A DNA stretch of 32,000 bases from Acidimicrobiales bacterium. Its GTDB lineage: Bacteria; Actinomycetota; Acidimicrobiia; Acidimicrobiales; Salinilacustritrichaceae. The notes beneath the pieces are model-generated. The model had not been told where the DNA came from, did not search any database, and saw only the letters and a list, made by a program, of their open reading frames with translations. The position numbers and the translations under genes were made by a program. The DNA lies in the NCBI GenBank assembly GCA_035764875.1, contig DASTYO010000154.1, positions 1,503 through 33,502 on the forward strand, given 5' to 3'. Shown here piece after piece: positions 18,154 through 26,235 of this stretch. The stretch's first letter is position 1, and the number at the start of each line of letters is the position of its first letter.

Positions 18154-19293
18154 GTGGTGGAACGCACGGGAGCGGGAGCACGAGCCGTCATCGATCCGGC
18201 CGGTCTGGATGCGATGCTCCGGCACCTGGCGGCCCGTGGCTACCAGCTGATCGGACCCACCGTGCGCGACGGCGCCATCGTGCACGCCCCGATCGACGGC
18301 ATCGAGGACCTGCCCGCCGGCTGGGGTGATGTGCAGTCCGCCGGCTCGTACCGCCTCCGCCGCCGGGGCGACGGAGCGCTGTTCGGCCACGCCGTCGGTC
18401 CCGAGTCGGCCCGCCGGTTCCTCACCCCGCCGACCCGAACGCTGTGGTCGGCGATCCGCACGCCCGACGGCTTCGAGGTCGAGGTCGAGGTTGCTGCGCA
18501 GCAGCAGCCGCCGGTCGCGCTGATCGGGCTGCGCCCGTGCGACCTCGCCGCGATCGCCGTGCAGGACCGCACCCTGGCCGGACCGCGCCCGGATCCCGCC
18601 TACGTCGAGGCGCGCCGGCGGAGCTTCGTCGTGGCGGTCAGCTGCTCCGACCCCGCGAGCACCTGCTTCTGCACCTCGACGGGCACCGGGCCCACCGTCG
18701 TCGGCGGGCACGACCTCGCGCTCGCGGAGCTGCTCCACCCTCGCCACCGGTTCCTGGTCGACGTCGGGACCGACGCCGGCGCGGACGTCCTCGAGGCGAT
18801 CCCGCACTCGTCGCCGTCGAGCGAGGACCTGGAGGCGGTCGCCGCAGCCGGCGACGCCGCGGTCGCCGCCATCCGTCGGCGGCTGGACCCGCGTGCCCGG
18901 GAGCTCACCGCGGCGATGGAGCACCCGCGCTGGGACGACGTCGCCGCCCGCTGCCTCTCGTGCGGGAGCTGCACGCTCGTCTGCCCGACCTGCTTCTGCA
19001 CCAGCGTCGTCGACACCACGGACCTGGCCGGGGCCCGCGCCGCCCGGGTGCAGCGGTGGGAGTCGTGCTTCGCGCTCGACCACAGCTTCGTGCACGGCGG
19101 CAGCGTGCGCGTCGACGTCCGGTCCCGCTACCGCCAGTGGCTCACGCACAAGCTCGCCACGTGGTGGGAGCAGTTCGGCATCTCGGGCTGCGTCGGCTGC
19201 GGGCGCTGCATCGCCTGGTGCCCGGCCGGCATCGACCTGACCGCCGAGGTGGCGGCCATCGTGCAGGACCACCAGCAGGAGGTGGACGCATGA
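18154..19293 (+). CDS. hyhB: [NiFe]-hydrogenase Group 3b-type beta subunit (AsrA-like 4Fe-4S protein)
   Basis: Cys clusters CSDPASTCFCTSTG, CLSCGSCTLVCPTCFC and CVGCGRCIAWCP. First gene of the overlapped operon. The symbol follows mycobacterial hyh nomenclature by analogy. The start codon (GTG 18154) is uncertain. Confidence 0.85.
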   Translation: MVERTGAGARAVIDPAGLDAMLRHLAARGYQLIGPTVRDGAIVHAPIDGIEDLPAGWGDVQSAGSYRLRRRGDGALFGHAVGPESARRFLTPPTRTLWSAIRTPDGFEVEVEVAAQQQPPVALIGLRPCDLAAIAVQDRTLAGPRPDPAYVEARRRSFVVAVSCSDPASTCFCTSTGTGPTVVGGHDLALAELLHPRHRFLVDVGTDAGADVLEAIPHSSPSSEDLEAVAAAGDAAVAAIRRRLDPRARELTAAMEHPRWDDVAARCLSCGSCTLVCPTCFCTSVVDTTDLAGARAARVQRWESCFALDHSFVHGGSVRVDVRSRYRQWLTHKLATWWEQFGISGCVGCGRCIAWCPAGIDLTAEVAAIVQDHQQEVDA

Positions 19294-19772
19294 GCACCAC
19301 GACCATCCGCGACCTCCTCGCCGACCACCGGTTCTTCGCGGGGCTGCCGGCCGCGGACCTCGACCTCATCGCGGGGTGCGGGGTGAACGTCGCGTTCCGC
19401 GCGGGTGCGATGGTGGCTCGGGAGGGCGACCCCGCCGACCGGTTCTTCGTCGTGCGCGAGGGTCATGGCGCCATCGAGGTCCACGCGCCCGGCCGGGGAG
19501 CGCTCGTGGTGGCGACCGCCGGTCCCGGTGACGTCATCGGCTGGTCGTGGCTGTTCCCGCCCCACCAGTGGCGCTTCGACGTGCGGGCCGTCACCGACGT
19601 GCGCGCCGTCGCCCTCGACGGCGCGTGCCTGCGCGGCAAGGCCGACGAGGACCCCGCGCTGGGCTACCGGCTCATGGAGCGCTTCGCCCGGATCCTGGTG
19701 TCGCGCCTGGAGTCCACGCGGCTGCAGCTCGCCGACCTGTACGGCACGGGGGAGGCGGCCGGTGTGCCGTGA
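19290..19772 (+). CDS. stand-alone cyclic-nucleotide-binding (CAP effector-like) domain protein, no HTH
   Basis: ATG 19290 overlaps the upstream stop (ATGA), with GGAGG 7 nt upstream. FFAGLPAADLDLIAGCGVNVAFRAGAMVAREGDPADRFFVVREGHGAIEV is the cNMP beta-roll pattern. 160 aa, with no DNA-binding domain. Confidence 0.85.
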   Translation: MSTTTIRDLLADHRFFAGLPAADLDLIAGCGVNVAFRAGAMVAREGDPADRFFVVREGHGAIEVHAPGRGALVVATAGPGDVIGWSWLFPPHQWRFDVRAVTDVRAVALDGACLRGKADEDPALGYRLMERFARILVSRLESTRLQLADLYGTGEAAGVP

Positions 19773-20589
19773 CGACCCGATGGTGCCCGTGCCGTACCGG
19801 GTGGCCGCCCGCCGTCCGGAGACCGGCGACGTGGTGACGCTGGACCTGGTGCCCGCGGCCGCGCCGATCCCCGACCCGGAGCCGGGGCAGTTCACGATGC
19901 TCTACGCGTTCGGCGTCGGCGAGGTGCCCATCTCGGTGAGCGGGCTGCCCGGCGACGAGGGCGTGCTCCGTCACACCATCCGCGCCGTCGGCGCGACCAC
20001 CGCGGCGCTCTCCGGCACCGAGGTCGGGCACCACGTCGGCGTGCGGGGCCCGTTCGGGCGCGGGTGGGACCTGGACGCGACCGACGGTGCCGACGTGGTC
20101 GTCGTTGCCGGCGGCCTTGGGCTCGCTCCGCTGCGTCCGGTCGTGCGGCACCTCGCCGCCGGACCCACAGGGCGGGAGCTCGCGGTGCTCGTCGGCGCAC
20201 GGTCGCCGGACGCCGTGGCGTTCGCCGGTGAGCTGGCGGGCCTGGACCGGCGAGGCGACGTGCAGTCCGCGGTCATCGTCGATGCGGCCTCCCCAGCGTG
20301 GACGGGGCCCGTGGGCGTGGTCACCGATCTGCTCGCACACGTGCAGGTCGACGTGGCGCGTGCCGTCGCCCTGGTGTGCGGTCCGGAGCCGATGATGCGG
20401 TTCGCGGCCCGGGCGCTCGAGGCGATGGGCGTGGGCCCCGAGCGCATCCAGGTGTCGCTGGAGCGCAGCATGCACTGCGGGTTGGGCCGGTGCGGCCACT
20501 GCCTGCTCGGGCCACGGTTCGTGTGCCGGGACGGGCCGGTGTTCCGCTGGAGCGACGCCGCTCCCCTCCTGGGGGTGCGAGGGCGGTGA
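19762..20589 (+). CDS. hyhG: [NiFe]-hydrogenase Group 3b-type gamma subunit (AsrB/PyrK-like FAD/NAD(P)-binding, 2Fe-2S)
   Basis: GTG 19762 has GGAGG 6 nt upstream and overlaps the cNMP-gene stop; ATG 19780 is the alternative. Ferredoxin-reductase-type FAD/NAD blocks ([21 protein letters not shown]) and the C-terminal CGLGRCGHC...C 2Fe-2S motif. Confidence 0.85.
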   Translation: MCRDDPMVPVPYRVAARRPETGDVVTLDLVPAAAPIPDPEPGQFTMLYAFGVGEVPISVSGLPGDEGVLRHTIRAVGATTAALSGTEVGHHVGVRGPFGRGWDLDATDGADVVVVAGGLGLAPLRPVVRHLAAGPTGRELAVLVGARSPDAVAFAGELAGLDRRGDVQSAVIVDAASPAWTGPVGVVTDLLAHVQVDVARAVALVCGPEPMMRFAARALEAMGVGPERIQVSLERSMHCGLGRCGHCLLGPRFVCRDGPVFRWSDAAPLLGVRGR

Positions 20590-21371
20590 GCGCCACCAAG
20601 CCGCGCCTCGCCGTGTGGAAGTTCGCGTCCTGCGACGGATGCCAGCTGACCCTGCTCGACTGCGAGGACGAGCTCCTCGACGTCGCCGGCGAGCTCGACA
20701 TCGCCTACTTCCCCGAGGCGACCCGCGCCGTGAAGCGGGGCCCGTACGACCTGTCGCTCGTCGAAGGCTCGATCACGACGGCGGAGGACGTGGTCCGCAT
20801 CCGCGAGGTCCGGTCCGCGTCGCGGCAGCTGGTGACCATCGGCGCGTGCGCGTCCGCGGGCGGCATCCAGGCCCTCCGCGACTTCGCCGACGTCGACGCG
20901 TACCTGGCGATCGTCTACGCGACGCCGTCGTTCATCTCGACCCTGGCGACGTCGACGCCCGTCGCCGCGCACGTCCCGGTCGACTTCGAGCTGCGGGGCT
21001 GCCCCATCGACCGCCACCAGCTCCTCGACGTGATCGCCGCGTTCCTGCACGGCCGGCGACCGGACGTGCCGACCTCCAGCGTGTGCGTCGAGTGCAAGCG
21101 CCGCGGCAACGTCTGCGTCACCGTCGCCCGTGGCACCCCGTGCCTGGGCCCCATCACCCAGGCCGGGTGCGGTGCGCTGTGCCCCGCCTACCACCGAGGG
21201 TGCTACGGGTGCTTCGGTCCGGCCGAGGATCCGAACCCGCCCGCGCTGACCGTCGAGCTGCGCCGGCGCGGCCTCGCAGACCCCGACCTCGTCCGCCTGC
21301 TGCGCACCTTCAACGCCGGCGCCCGGCCGTTCCGGGACGAGAGCGAGCACCTCGCGGAGGCCGGACCATGA
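20586..21371 (+). CDS. hyhS: [NiFe]-hydrogenase small (delta) subunit
   Basis: GTGA overlap with hyhG. Proximal-cluster Cys pattern [17 protein letters not shown], plus C-terminal [11 protein letters not shown]...[24 protein letters not shown]. Confidence 0.9.
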   Translation: MSATKPRLAVWKFASCDGCQLTLLDCEDELLDVAGELDIAYFPEATRAVKRGPYDLSLVEGSITTAEDVVRIREVRSASRQLVTIGACASAGGIQALRDFADVDAYLAIVYATPSFISTLATSTPVAAHVPVDFELRGCPIDRHQLLDVIAAFLHGRRPDVPTSSVCVECKRRGNVCVTVARGTPCLGPITQAGCGALCPAYHRGCYGCFGPAEDPNPPALTVELRRRGLADPDLVRLLRTFNAGARPFRDESEHLAEAGP

Positions 21372-22672
21372 CCCACCGCAGCACCGGCAGCCGCACGCTA
21401 CGCGTCGACTCCCTCGCCCGGGTCGAGGGAGAGGGTGCGATGCACGTCGACATCGTCGACGGGCGCGTGCAGGACGTGCAGCTGCGGATCTACGAGCCGC
21501 CCCGCTTCTTCGAGGCGTTCCTGCGGGGCCGCGCCCACACGGAGCCCCCCGACATCACGGCGCGGATCTGCGGCATCTGCCCCGTCGCCTACCAGATGAG
21601 CGCGTGCGCAGCGATCGAGGCAGCCTGCGAGGTCACCGTCGACGGCCCGCTCGCCGACCTCCGTCGCCTCCTCTACTGGGGCGAGTGGATCGAGAGCCAC
21701 GCCCTGCACATCCACCTCCTGCACGCGCCGGACTTCCTCGGCTACGAGGGCGGCATCGAGATGGCACAGGACCACCCGGAGGAGGTCCGCCGCGGCCTCG
21801 CGCTCAAGAAGGCGGGCAACGACCTGGTGGCGCTCGTCGGCGGCCGCCCCATCCACCCGGTGAACGTGCGCGTCGGCGGCTTCCACCGGGTCCCGACCCG
21901 CCGTGAGCTGCGGGCGTTCGCCCCCCGCCTGGAAGCCGCCCTCGAGCAGGCCATCGACGTCGTCCGCTGGGTCAGCCGCTTCGACTGCCCCGGCCCGGAT
22001 GCGGACTGGGAGCTGGTCGCGCTCCGCCACCCGGGTGAGTACGCGGTCACCCGCGGCCGCCTCGTCTCGACCGCCGGCCTCGACATCGGCGCCGACGAGC
22101 TCCTCGACCACATCGCCGAGACCCAGGTGCCGCACTCGACGGCGCTGCACGCCCACCTGCTGGAGCGGGGTGCGTACCTGGTCGGCCCGCTCGCCCGGTT
22201 CGCTCTCAACCACGACGCGCTCGCGGCGCCCGCAGCCCAGGCAGCGGCGGAGGCCGGCCTCGGTCCGGCCACCCGGGACCCCGCCCGCTCGATCGTGGTG
22301 CGCGCCGTGGAGGTCGTCCACGCCTGCGCCGACGCGCTGCGGATCATCGAGTCCTACGACGAACCGGACGCGCCCGCCGTGCCGGTCGAGCCCCGCGCCG
22401 GCGTCGGCTGCGGCTGGACGGAAGCGCCGCGCGGCCTGCTGTGGCACCGGTACCGGCTCGACGCCGACGGCACGATCCTCGAGGCGACGATCATCCCGCC
22501 CACCGCCCAGAACCAGCCGACGATCGAGCACGACCTGCTCCACTTCGTCGAGCACCACGTCGACCTGCCCGACGACGAGCTGCGCCGGGGCGCGGAGCAG
22601 CTGATCCGCGCCTACGACCCGTGCATCTCGTGCGCGACGCACTTCCTCGACCTCACGGTGCGGCGGACATGA
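21368..22672 (+). CDS. hyhL: [NiFe]-hydrogenase large (alpha) subunit, Group 3-type
   Basis: ATGA overlap, with GGAGG 7 nt upstream. RVEGEG, N-terminal Ni-Fe ligands RICGIC (Cys68/Cys71), and C-terminal DPCISCATH followed by a 9-aa tail (FLDLTVRRT) for endopeptidase removal. Confidence 0.95.
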   Translation: MTHRSTGSRTLRVDSLARVEGEGAMHVDIVDGRVQDVQLRIYEPPRFFEAFLRGRAHTEPPDITARICGICPVAYQMSACAAIEAACEVTVDGPLADLRRLLYWGEWIESHALHIHLLHAPDFLGYEGGIEMAQDHPEEVRRGLALKKAGNDLVALVGGRPIHPVNVRVGGFHRVPTRRELRAFAPRLEAALEQAIDVVRWVSRFDCPGPDADWELVALRHPGEYAVTRGRLVSTAGLDIGADELLDHIAETQVPHSTALHAHLLERGAYLVGPLARFALNHDALAAPAAQAAAEAGLGPATRDPARSIVVRAVEVVHACADALRIIESYDEPDAPAVPVEPRAGVGCGWTEAPRGLLWHRYRLDADGTILEATIIPPTAQNQPTIEHDLLHFVEHHVDLPDDELRRGAEQLIRAYDPCISCATHFLDLTVRRT

Positions 22673-23139
22673 GCCCCCGTGCCGTGGTCATCGGCGTCGG
22701 CAACGAGTGGCGCGGCGACGACGGTGCCGGCATCGCCGCGGCGCGGCAGGTCGGTGCCCGGCTCGCCCGGCAGGTCGTCGTCCACGAGCTCGACGGGGAG
22801 CCGGCCCGCCTGCTCGACGCCTGGGACGGCGCCGAGCTGGCCATCGTCATCGACGCCGTGCGCAGCGGCGCACCCGCCGGCAGCGTGCGCCGCATCGACG
22901 CCGCGTCGCTGGAGTCCGCCGGGACAGCGGGGAGCAGCCACGGGGGCGGGATCGGCACGGCCTACCGGCTCGGGCGCGCGCTCGGCCGGCTGCCGCAGCG
23001 GCTGGTGGTCCTCGGCATCGAGGTCGACGAGACCGCCCACGGACGCGTGCTGAGCGCCGCCGCCACCGAGGGCCTGTCGCGCGCGGCGTCCGAGGCCGTG
23101 GCGCTGGTGGAGGTGGTCGGCGCCGAGGGGAGGACGTGA
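22669..23139 (+). CDS. hydrogenase maturation endopeptidase (HoxW/HybD family)
   Basis: ATGA overlap with hyhL. VIGVGNEWRGDDGAG N-terminal motif, plus IDAV Asp and SSHGGG His blocks. Confidence 0.85.
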   Translation: MSPRAVVIGVGNEWRGDDGAGIAAARQVGARLARQVVVHELDGEPARLLDAWDGAELAIVIDAVRSGAPAGSVRRIDAASLESAGTAGSSHGGGIGTAYRLGRALGRLPQRLVVLGIEVDETAHGRVLSAAATEGLSRAASEAVALVEVVGAEGRT

Positions 23140-23384
23140 TGTGCTTCGCGCAGGTCGGCCGCGTCGTCGCCCTGGACGGCGCCGCCGGCGCGATCGTCGA
23201 CGTCGACGGCCGTCGACGACCCGTCTCGCTCGCCGCCCTCGTCCTCGACGGCACGACACCCCGGCCGGGGGACTGGCTGCTCATCCACACCGGCTTCGCG
23301 CTCGACGTGCTCGACCCGGCCGACGCCGCCGACATCGCCGCCCTCGGCCGGGAGATCCGCGCCGCCGGAAGGGAGGACCCATGA
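23139..23384 (+). CDS. hypC: hydrogenase assembly chaperone HypC/HupF family
   Basis: TGATG overlap, with GGGGAGGA upstream. Starts Met-Cys (MCFAQVGRVVAL) and contains PGDWLLIHTGFALDVLD, the HypC hallmark. 81 aa. Confidence 0.85.
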   Translation: MCFAQVGRVVALDGAAGAIVDVDGRRRPVSLAALVLDGTTPRPGDWLLIHTGFALDVLDPADAADIAALGREIRAAGREDP

Positions 23385-24310
23385 CCACCACCACTCCCGC
23401 CACGCGAACGGCCCCCATCGGACTCGGGTTGGCCGGCATGACGGCCTGCATCAGCGGCGTGTCCGTCTTCGTCAACGGCTACGGCGTCCGCCGCTGGTCG
23501 GATGCGACCGCGTACACCACGGCCAAGAACCTGATCGCCGCCCTCGTGCTCGGCTCGGTGCTCGTCGCCGTGGCGGCGACCAGGGCGCGTCCGCCGGCGG
23601 CCGCCACCCGCCGCCCTCGGGCGGCCATGCTCGCCGTCGCCGTCCTCGGTGGCAGCGTCCCGTTCGTGCTGTTCTTCGAGGGCCTGGCGCGGGCGAGCTC
23701 GCCGGACGCCGCCTTCCTGCACAAGACGCTCGTGCTGTGGGTGCCGCTGCTCGCCGTGCCGGCGCTGGGCGAGCGCACCGGAGCGCTGCACGTGGGCGCG
23801 ATCGCGCTCCTGTTCTCCGGTCAAGCCGTGCTCGCCGGTGGGGTGGACGAGATCGGTCGGGGCTCCGGTGAGGCGCTCATCCTCGCAGCCACCCTGCTCT
23901 GGGCGATCGAGACCGTCATCGCCCGCCGCCTCCTGCGCGGCAGCGTGCCGGCGCCCACGTTGGCCGTCGTGCGCATGGGCGGCGGTGTGGTGCTGCTCCT
24001 GGCGTGGGTGGCACTCCGCGGCGACATCGGCATCCTCACGGGTGCAGGGGCCGGGGCATGGGGGTGGGCGGTGCTCACCGGTGGGCTGCTCTCGCTGTAC
24101 GTGCTGGGCTGGTACGCCGCCCTGGCGCGTGCCCAGGCCGTCGACGTCACCTCCGTGCTCGTGATCGGCGCCTTGGTGACGGCGGCGCTCGACAGCGGCG
24201 TCGGTGGGGTCGCGGCACCGACGCCGGTGGCACTCGTGCTCCTCGTCGCCGGTGGGCTGCTCGCAGCGGTCGCCGCGCTCGCGGCACCGGCACGGGCGGA
24301 GGCGGCATGA
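23381..24310 (+). CDS. EamA/DMT-superfamily permease
   Basis: ATGA overlap with hypC, with GGAGG 4 nt upstream. ~10 hydrophobic helices in two halves, consistent with tandem EamA domains. 309 aa. Confidence 0.8.
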   Translation: MTTTTPATRTAPIGLGLAGMTACISGVSVFVNGYGVRRWSDATAYTTAKNLIAALVLGSVLVAVAATRARPPAAATRRPRAAMLAVAVLGGSVPFVLFFEGLARASSPDAAFLHKTLVLWVPLLAVPALGERTGALHVGAIALLFSGQAVLAGGVDEIGRGSGEALILAATLLWAIETVIARRLLRGSVPAPTLAVVRMGGGVVLLLAWVALRGDIGILTGAGAGAWGWAVLTGGLLSLYVLGWYAALARAQAVDVTSVLVIGALVTAALDSGVGGVAAPTPVALVLLVAGGLLAAVAALAAPARAEAA

Positions 24311-25089
24311 GCCGTGGTCCGGAGCCGCCCGTTCCCGGACCGCTGCTGTTCGCGCGCTTCGCCTACCCGCCGAACGAGCTCGGCCTCTGCGGCCCGGACG
24401 CCCACCGCGAGCTCCTCGAACGTGCCGACGCGAGCGTCGAGGACGGCGACCTCCGGCGACTCGCGATGGCGTTCGAGGGCGCGTGGCCCTACCTCGAGCT
24501 GATCGCCCACGAGCACGGCATCGCCGACCCGCTCGACGCGCGCGTCGTCGAGGCGTACTGGATCGGCAACCCCTTCCTCCGGGACGTCGGGATCGGCGCC
24601 GTGGGCGACTCGCTCGAGCAGCGGTTCCGTCGAGCGGTCAGCACGCGCTGGCCGCACCTGGTGGAGCTCGCGCTGGCCGGTGCCCGACCCCACCACAACT
24701 TCCACGTCTTCTGCGTCTACCCGTGGGTGGGGCTGCTCCGCACCGGTGCCACCGACCACGCGCTCCACGTGCTCGAGCGCTGCCGCATCCGCCCGGGGCG
24801 CGTCCTCCAGGTCCAGGGGCCGGAAGCGCTGGTCCGCACGCGCCCGCTCACCTGGGACGGCGCCCGACTCGGCCTCGGCCCGCCGCGCGTCGACCCGGCA
24901 CGGGTCGGCGACGCGGGCTACCACCTCGACCGCCGCATCGCCTGCGGCGACGTGGTCGCCCTCCACTGGGACTGGGCCTGCGCGCGGCTGGACGAGCGGC
25001 AGGCACGCGCGCTGCGAGCCGAGACCGCCCGCCAGCTGGCGTTCGTCAACGCGCTCACCCTGCCTGCCCCGGCGGTGGTGATCGGGTAG
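24307..25089 (+). CDS. uncharacterised protein; C-terminal ~100 aa HypC-like
   Basis: ATGA overlap with the permease gene, with GGAGG 4 nt upstream. High GC3. aa 158-260 (from nt 24778) read RCRIRPGRVLQVQG...CGDVVALHWDWACARLD, paralleling the operon HypC MCFAQVGRVVALDG...PGDWLLIHTGFALDVLD. I do not recognise the N-terminal 157 aa (LCGPD, HHNFHVFCVYPW). Confidence 0.75.
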   Translation: MSRGPEPPVPGPLLFARFAYPPNELGLCGPDAHRELLERADASVEDGDLRRLAMAFEGAWPYLELIAHEHGIADPLDARVVEAYWIGNPFLRDVGIGAVGDSLEQRFRRAVSTRWPHLVELALAGARPHHNFHVFCVYPWVGLLRTGATDHALHVLERCRIRPGRVLQVQGPEALVRTRPLTWDGARLGLGPPRVDPARVGDAGYHLDRRIACGDVVALHWDWACARLDERQARALRAETARQLAFVNALTLPAPAVVIG

Positions 25090-25122
25090 CAGCGATCCCG
25101 CGGTGGCGCGTGCGCGACCCGT

Positions 25123-25578
25123 TCAGGACGCCAGCTTGGCCTTGACCATCGCCGAGACCCGCTTGCCTTCGGCCCGGCCGGCCACCGCCGCCATCACCGC
25201 GTTCATCGCCGGGCCCATCTGCGACGGCTCGGTGAACCCGCCCTTGGCCAGCGCCTCGTCGACCATCGCCTCGAGCTCGTCGTCGCCGAGCTCCTCGGGC
25301 AGGTAGGCCGAGAGCACCGACCGCTCGTCGAGCTCGCGCTGGGCCTGCTCGTCCCGTCCGGCGGCCTGGAACGCCTCGGCGGCCTCGTCCCGGCGCTTCA
25401 CCTGGGTCCGCAGGACCTGCTCGACGTCGGCGTCGGTGAGCTCCTTCGCGGCCTTGCCGGCGACGGCGGCCTCCTTCACGGCGGCGATGGCCATGCGCAG
25501 CGCGGCCACCCTCACCTGGTCACGTGCGCGCATCGCCTCCTTGAGGTCCTGCTGCATCTGCTCGGCGATCCGGCTCAC
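25123..25578 (-). CDS. yqeY: GatB/YqeY domain protein
   Basis: LKEAMRARDQVRVAALRMAIAAVKEA...RRDEAAEAFQAAGRDEQAQRELDE...MGPAMNAVMA is the typical YqeY pattern. 151 aa. Confidence 0.9.
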   Translation of the reverse strand: MSRIAEQMQQDLKEAMRARDQVRVAALRMAIAAVKEAAVAGKAAKELTDADVEQVLRTQVKRRDEAAEAFQAAGRDEQAQRELDERSVLSAYLPEELGDDELEAMVDEALAKGGFTEPSQMGPAMNAVMAAVAGRAEGKRVSAMVKAKLAS

Positions 25579-25680
25579 GTCGGCGTCCTCCTCGTCGGTT
25601 CGACACGAGCCTGCCCCATGGCCGGGGCCGGGGACCGCCTCGGTTCCCGTTCCCGGGGCTCCGGGTGCGCCGGCGCGCCC

Positions 25681-25712
25681 GGCGTCGCCGCGCCGACGCC
25701 TTGTCGTACGAC
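25681..25712. promoter_or_regulatory. hairpin plus perfect 10-bp palindrome upstream of the ECF sigma gene
   Basis: GGCGTCG-ccgcgc-CGACGCC (25681-25700), then GTCGTACGAC (25703-25712, self-complementary). It ends 31 nt before GTG 25744, in the yqeY/sigma divergent region. Confidence 0.25.
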
Positions 25713-25743
25713 CCGGCCCCGTGCACCTTTAGGTGTTGTGAGC

Positions 25744-26235
25744 GTGAAGGCGTCGCGGGACCTCGCAGGCAAGCCGTCGTCACGCGACGCGTTCGAAGAC
25801 TTCGTGGTGGCGTGCGAGCCCACGCTGCGACAGGCGCTGACGGCGATGTTCGGCATCGACGGCGGCCGCGAGGCGGCGGCCGATGCGCTCGGCTACGCCT
25901 GGGAGCACTGGGAACGAATCGCGACGATGGCCAACCCGACCGGCTACCTGTTCGTCGTGGGTCGCAACCGGCACCGTCGGGGATGGCGTGCCCGACGGTC
26001 GAGGCCCGTCTTCGACGTCGGGAGCCAGCCGTCGGAACCCTGGTGCGAACCGGCCCTCGTCGAGCAGCTGGCGCGCCTGTCCGACCGTGAACGGGTCGCG
26101 GTGCTGTTGGTGCACGGTTTCGAGTGGTCCCTGACGGAGGTCGCTGATCTGTTGGGCGTGACCAAGAGCACGGCGCAGACGCACGCCGATCGTGGGATGG
26201 CCAAGCTGCGGGCGGGCCTGGGGGTGGCGACGTGA
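25744..26235 (+). CDS. ECF-type sigma-70 family RNA polymerase sigma factor
   Basis: Region 2-like FEDFVVACEPTLRQAL...NPTGYLFVVGRNRHRR. Region 4 HTH LSDRERVAVLLVHGFEWSLTEVADLLGVTKSTAQTHADRGMAKLR. The start is GTG 25744 (AGGTG 8 nt upstream) or GTG 25738. Confidence 0.85.
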   Translation: MKASRDLAGKPSSRDAFEDFVVACEPTLRQALTAMFGIDGGREAAADALGYAWEHWERIATMANPTGYLFVVGRNRHRRGWRARRSRPVFDVGSQPSEPWCEPALVEQLARLSDRERVAVLLVHGFEWSLTEVADLLGVTKSTAQTHADRGMAKLRAGLGVAT

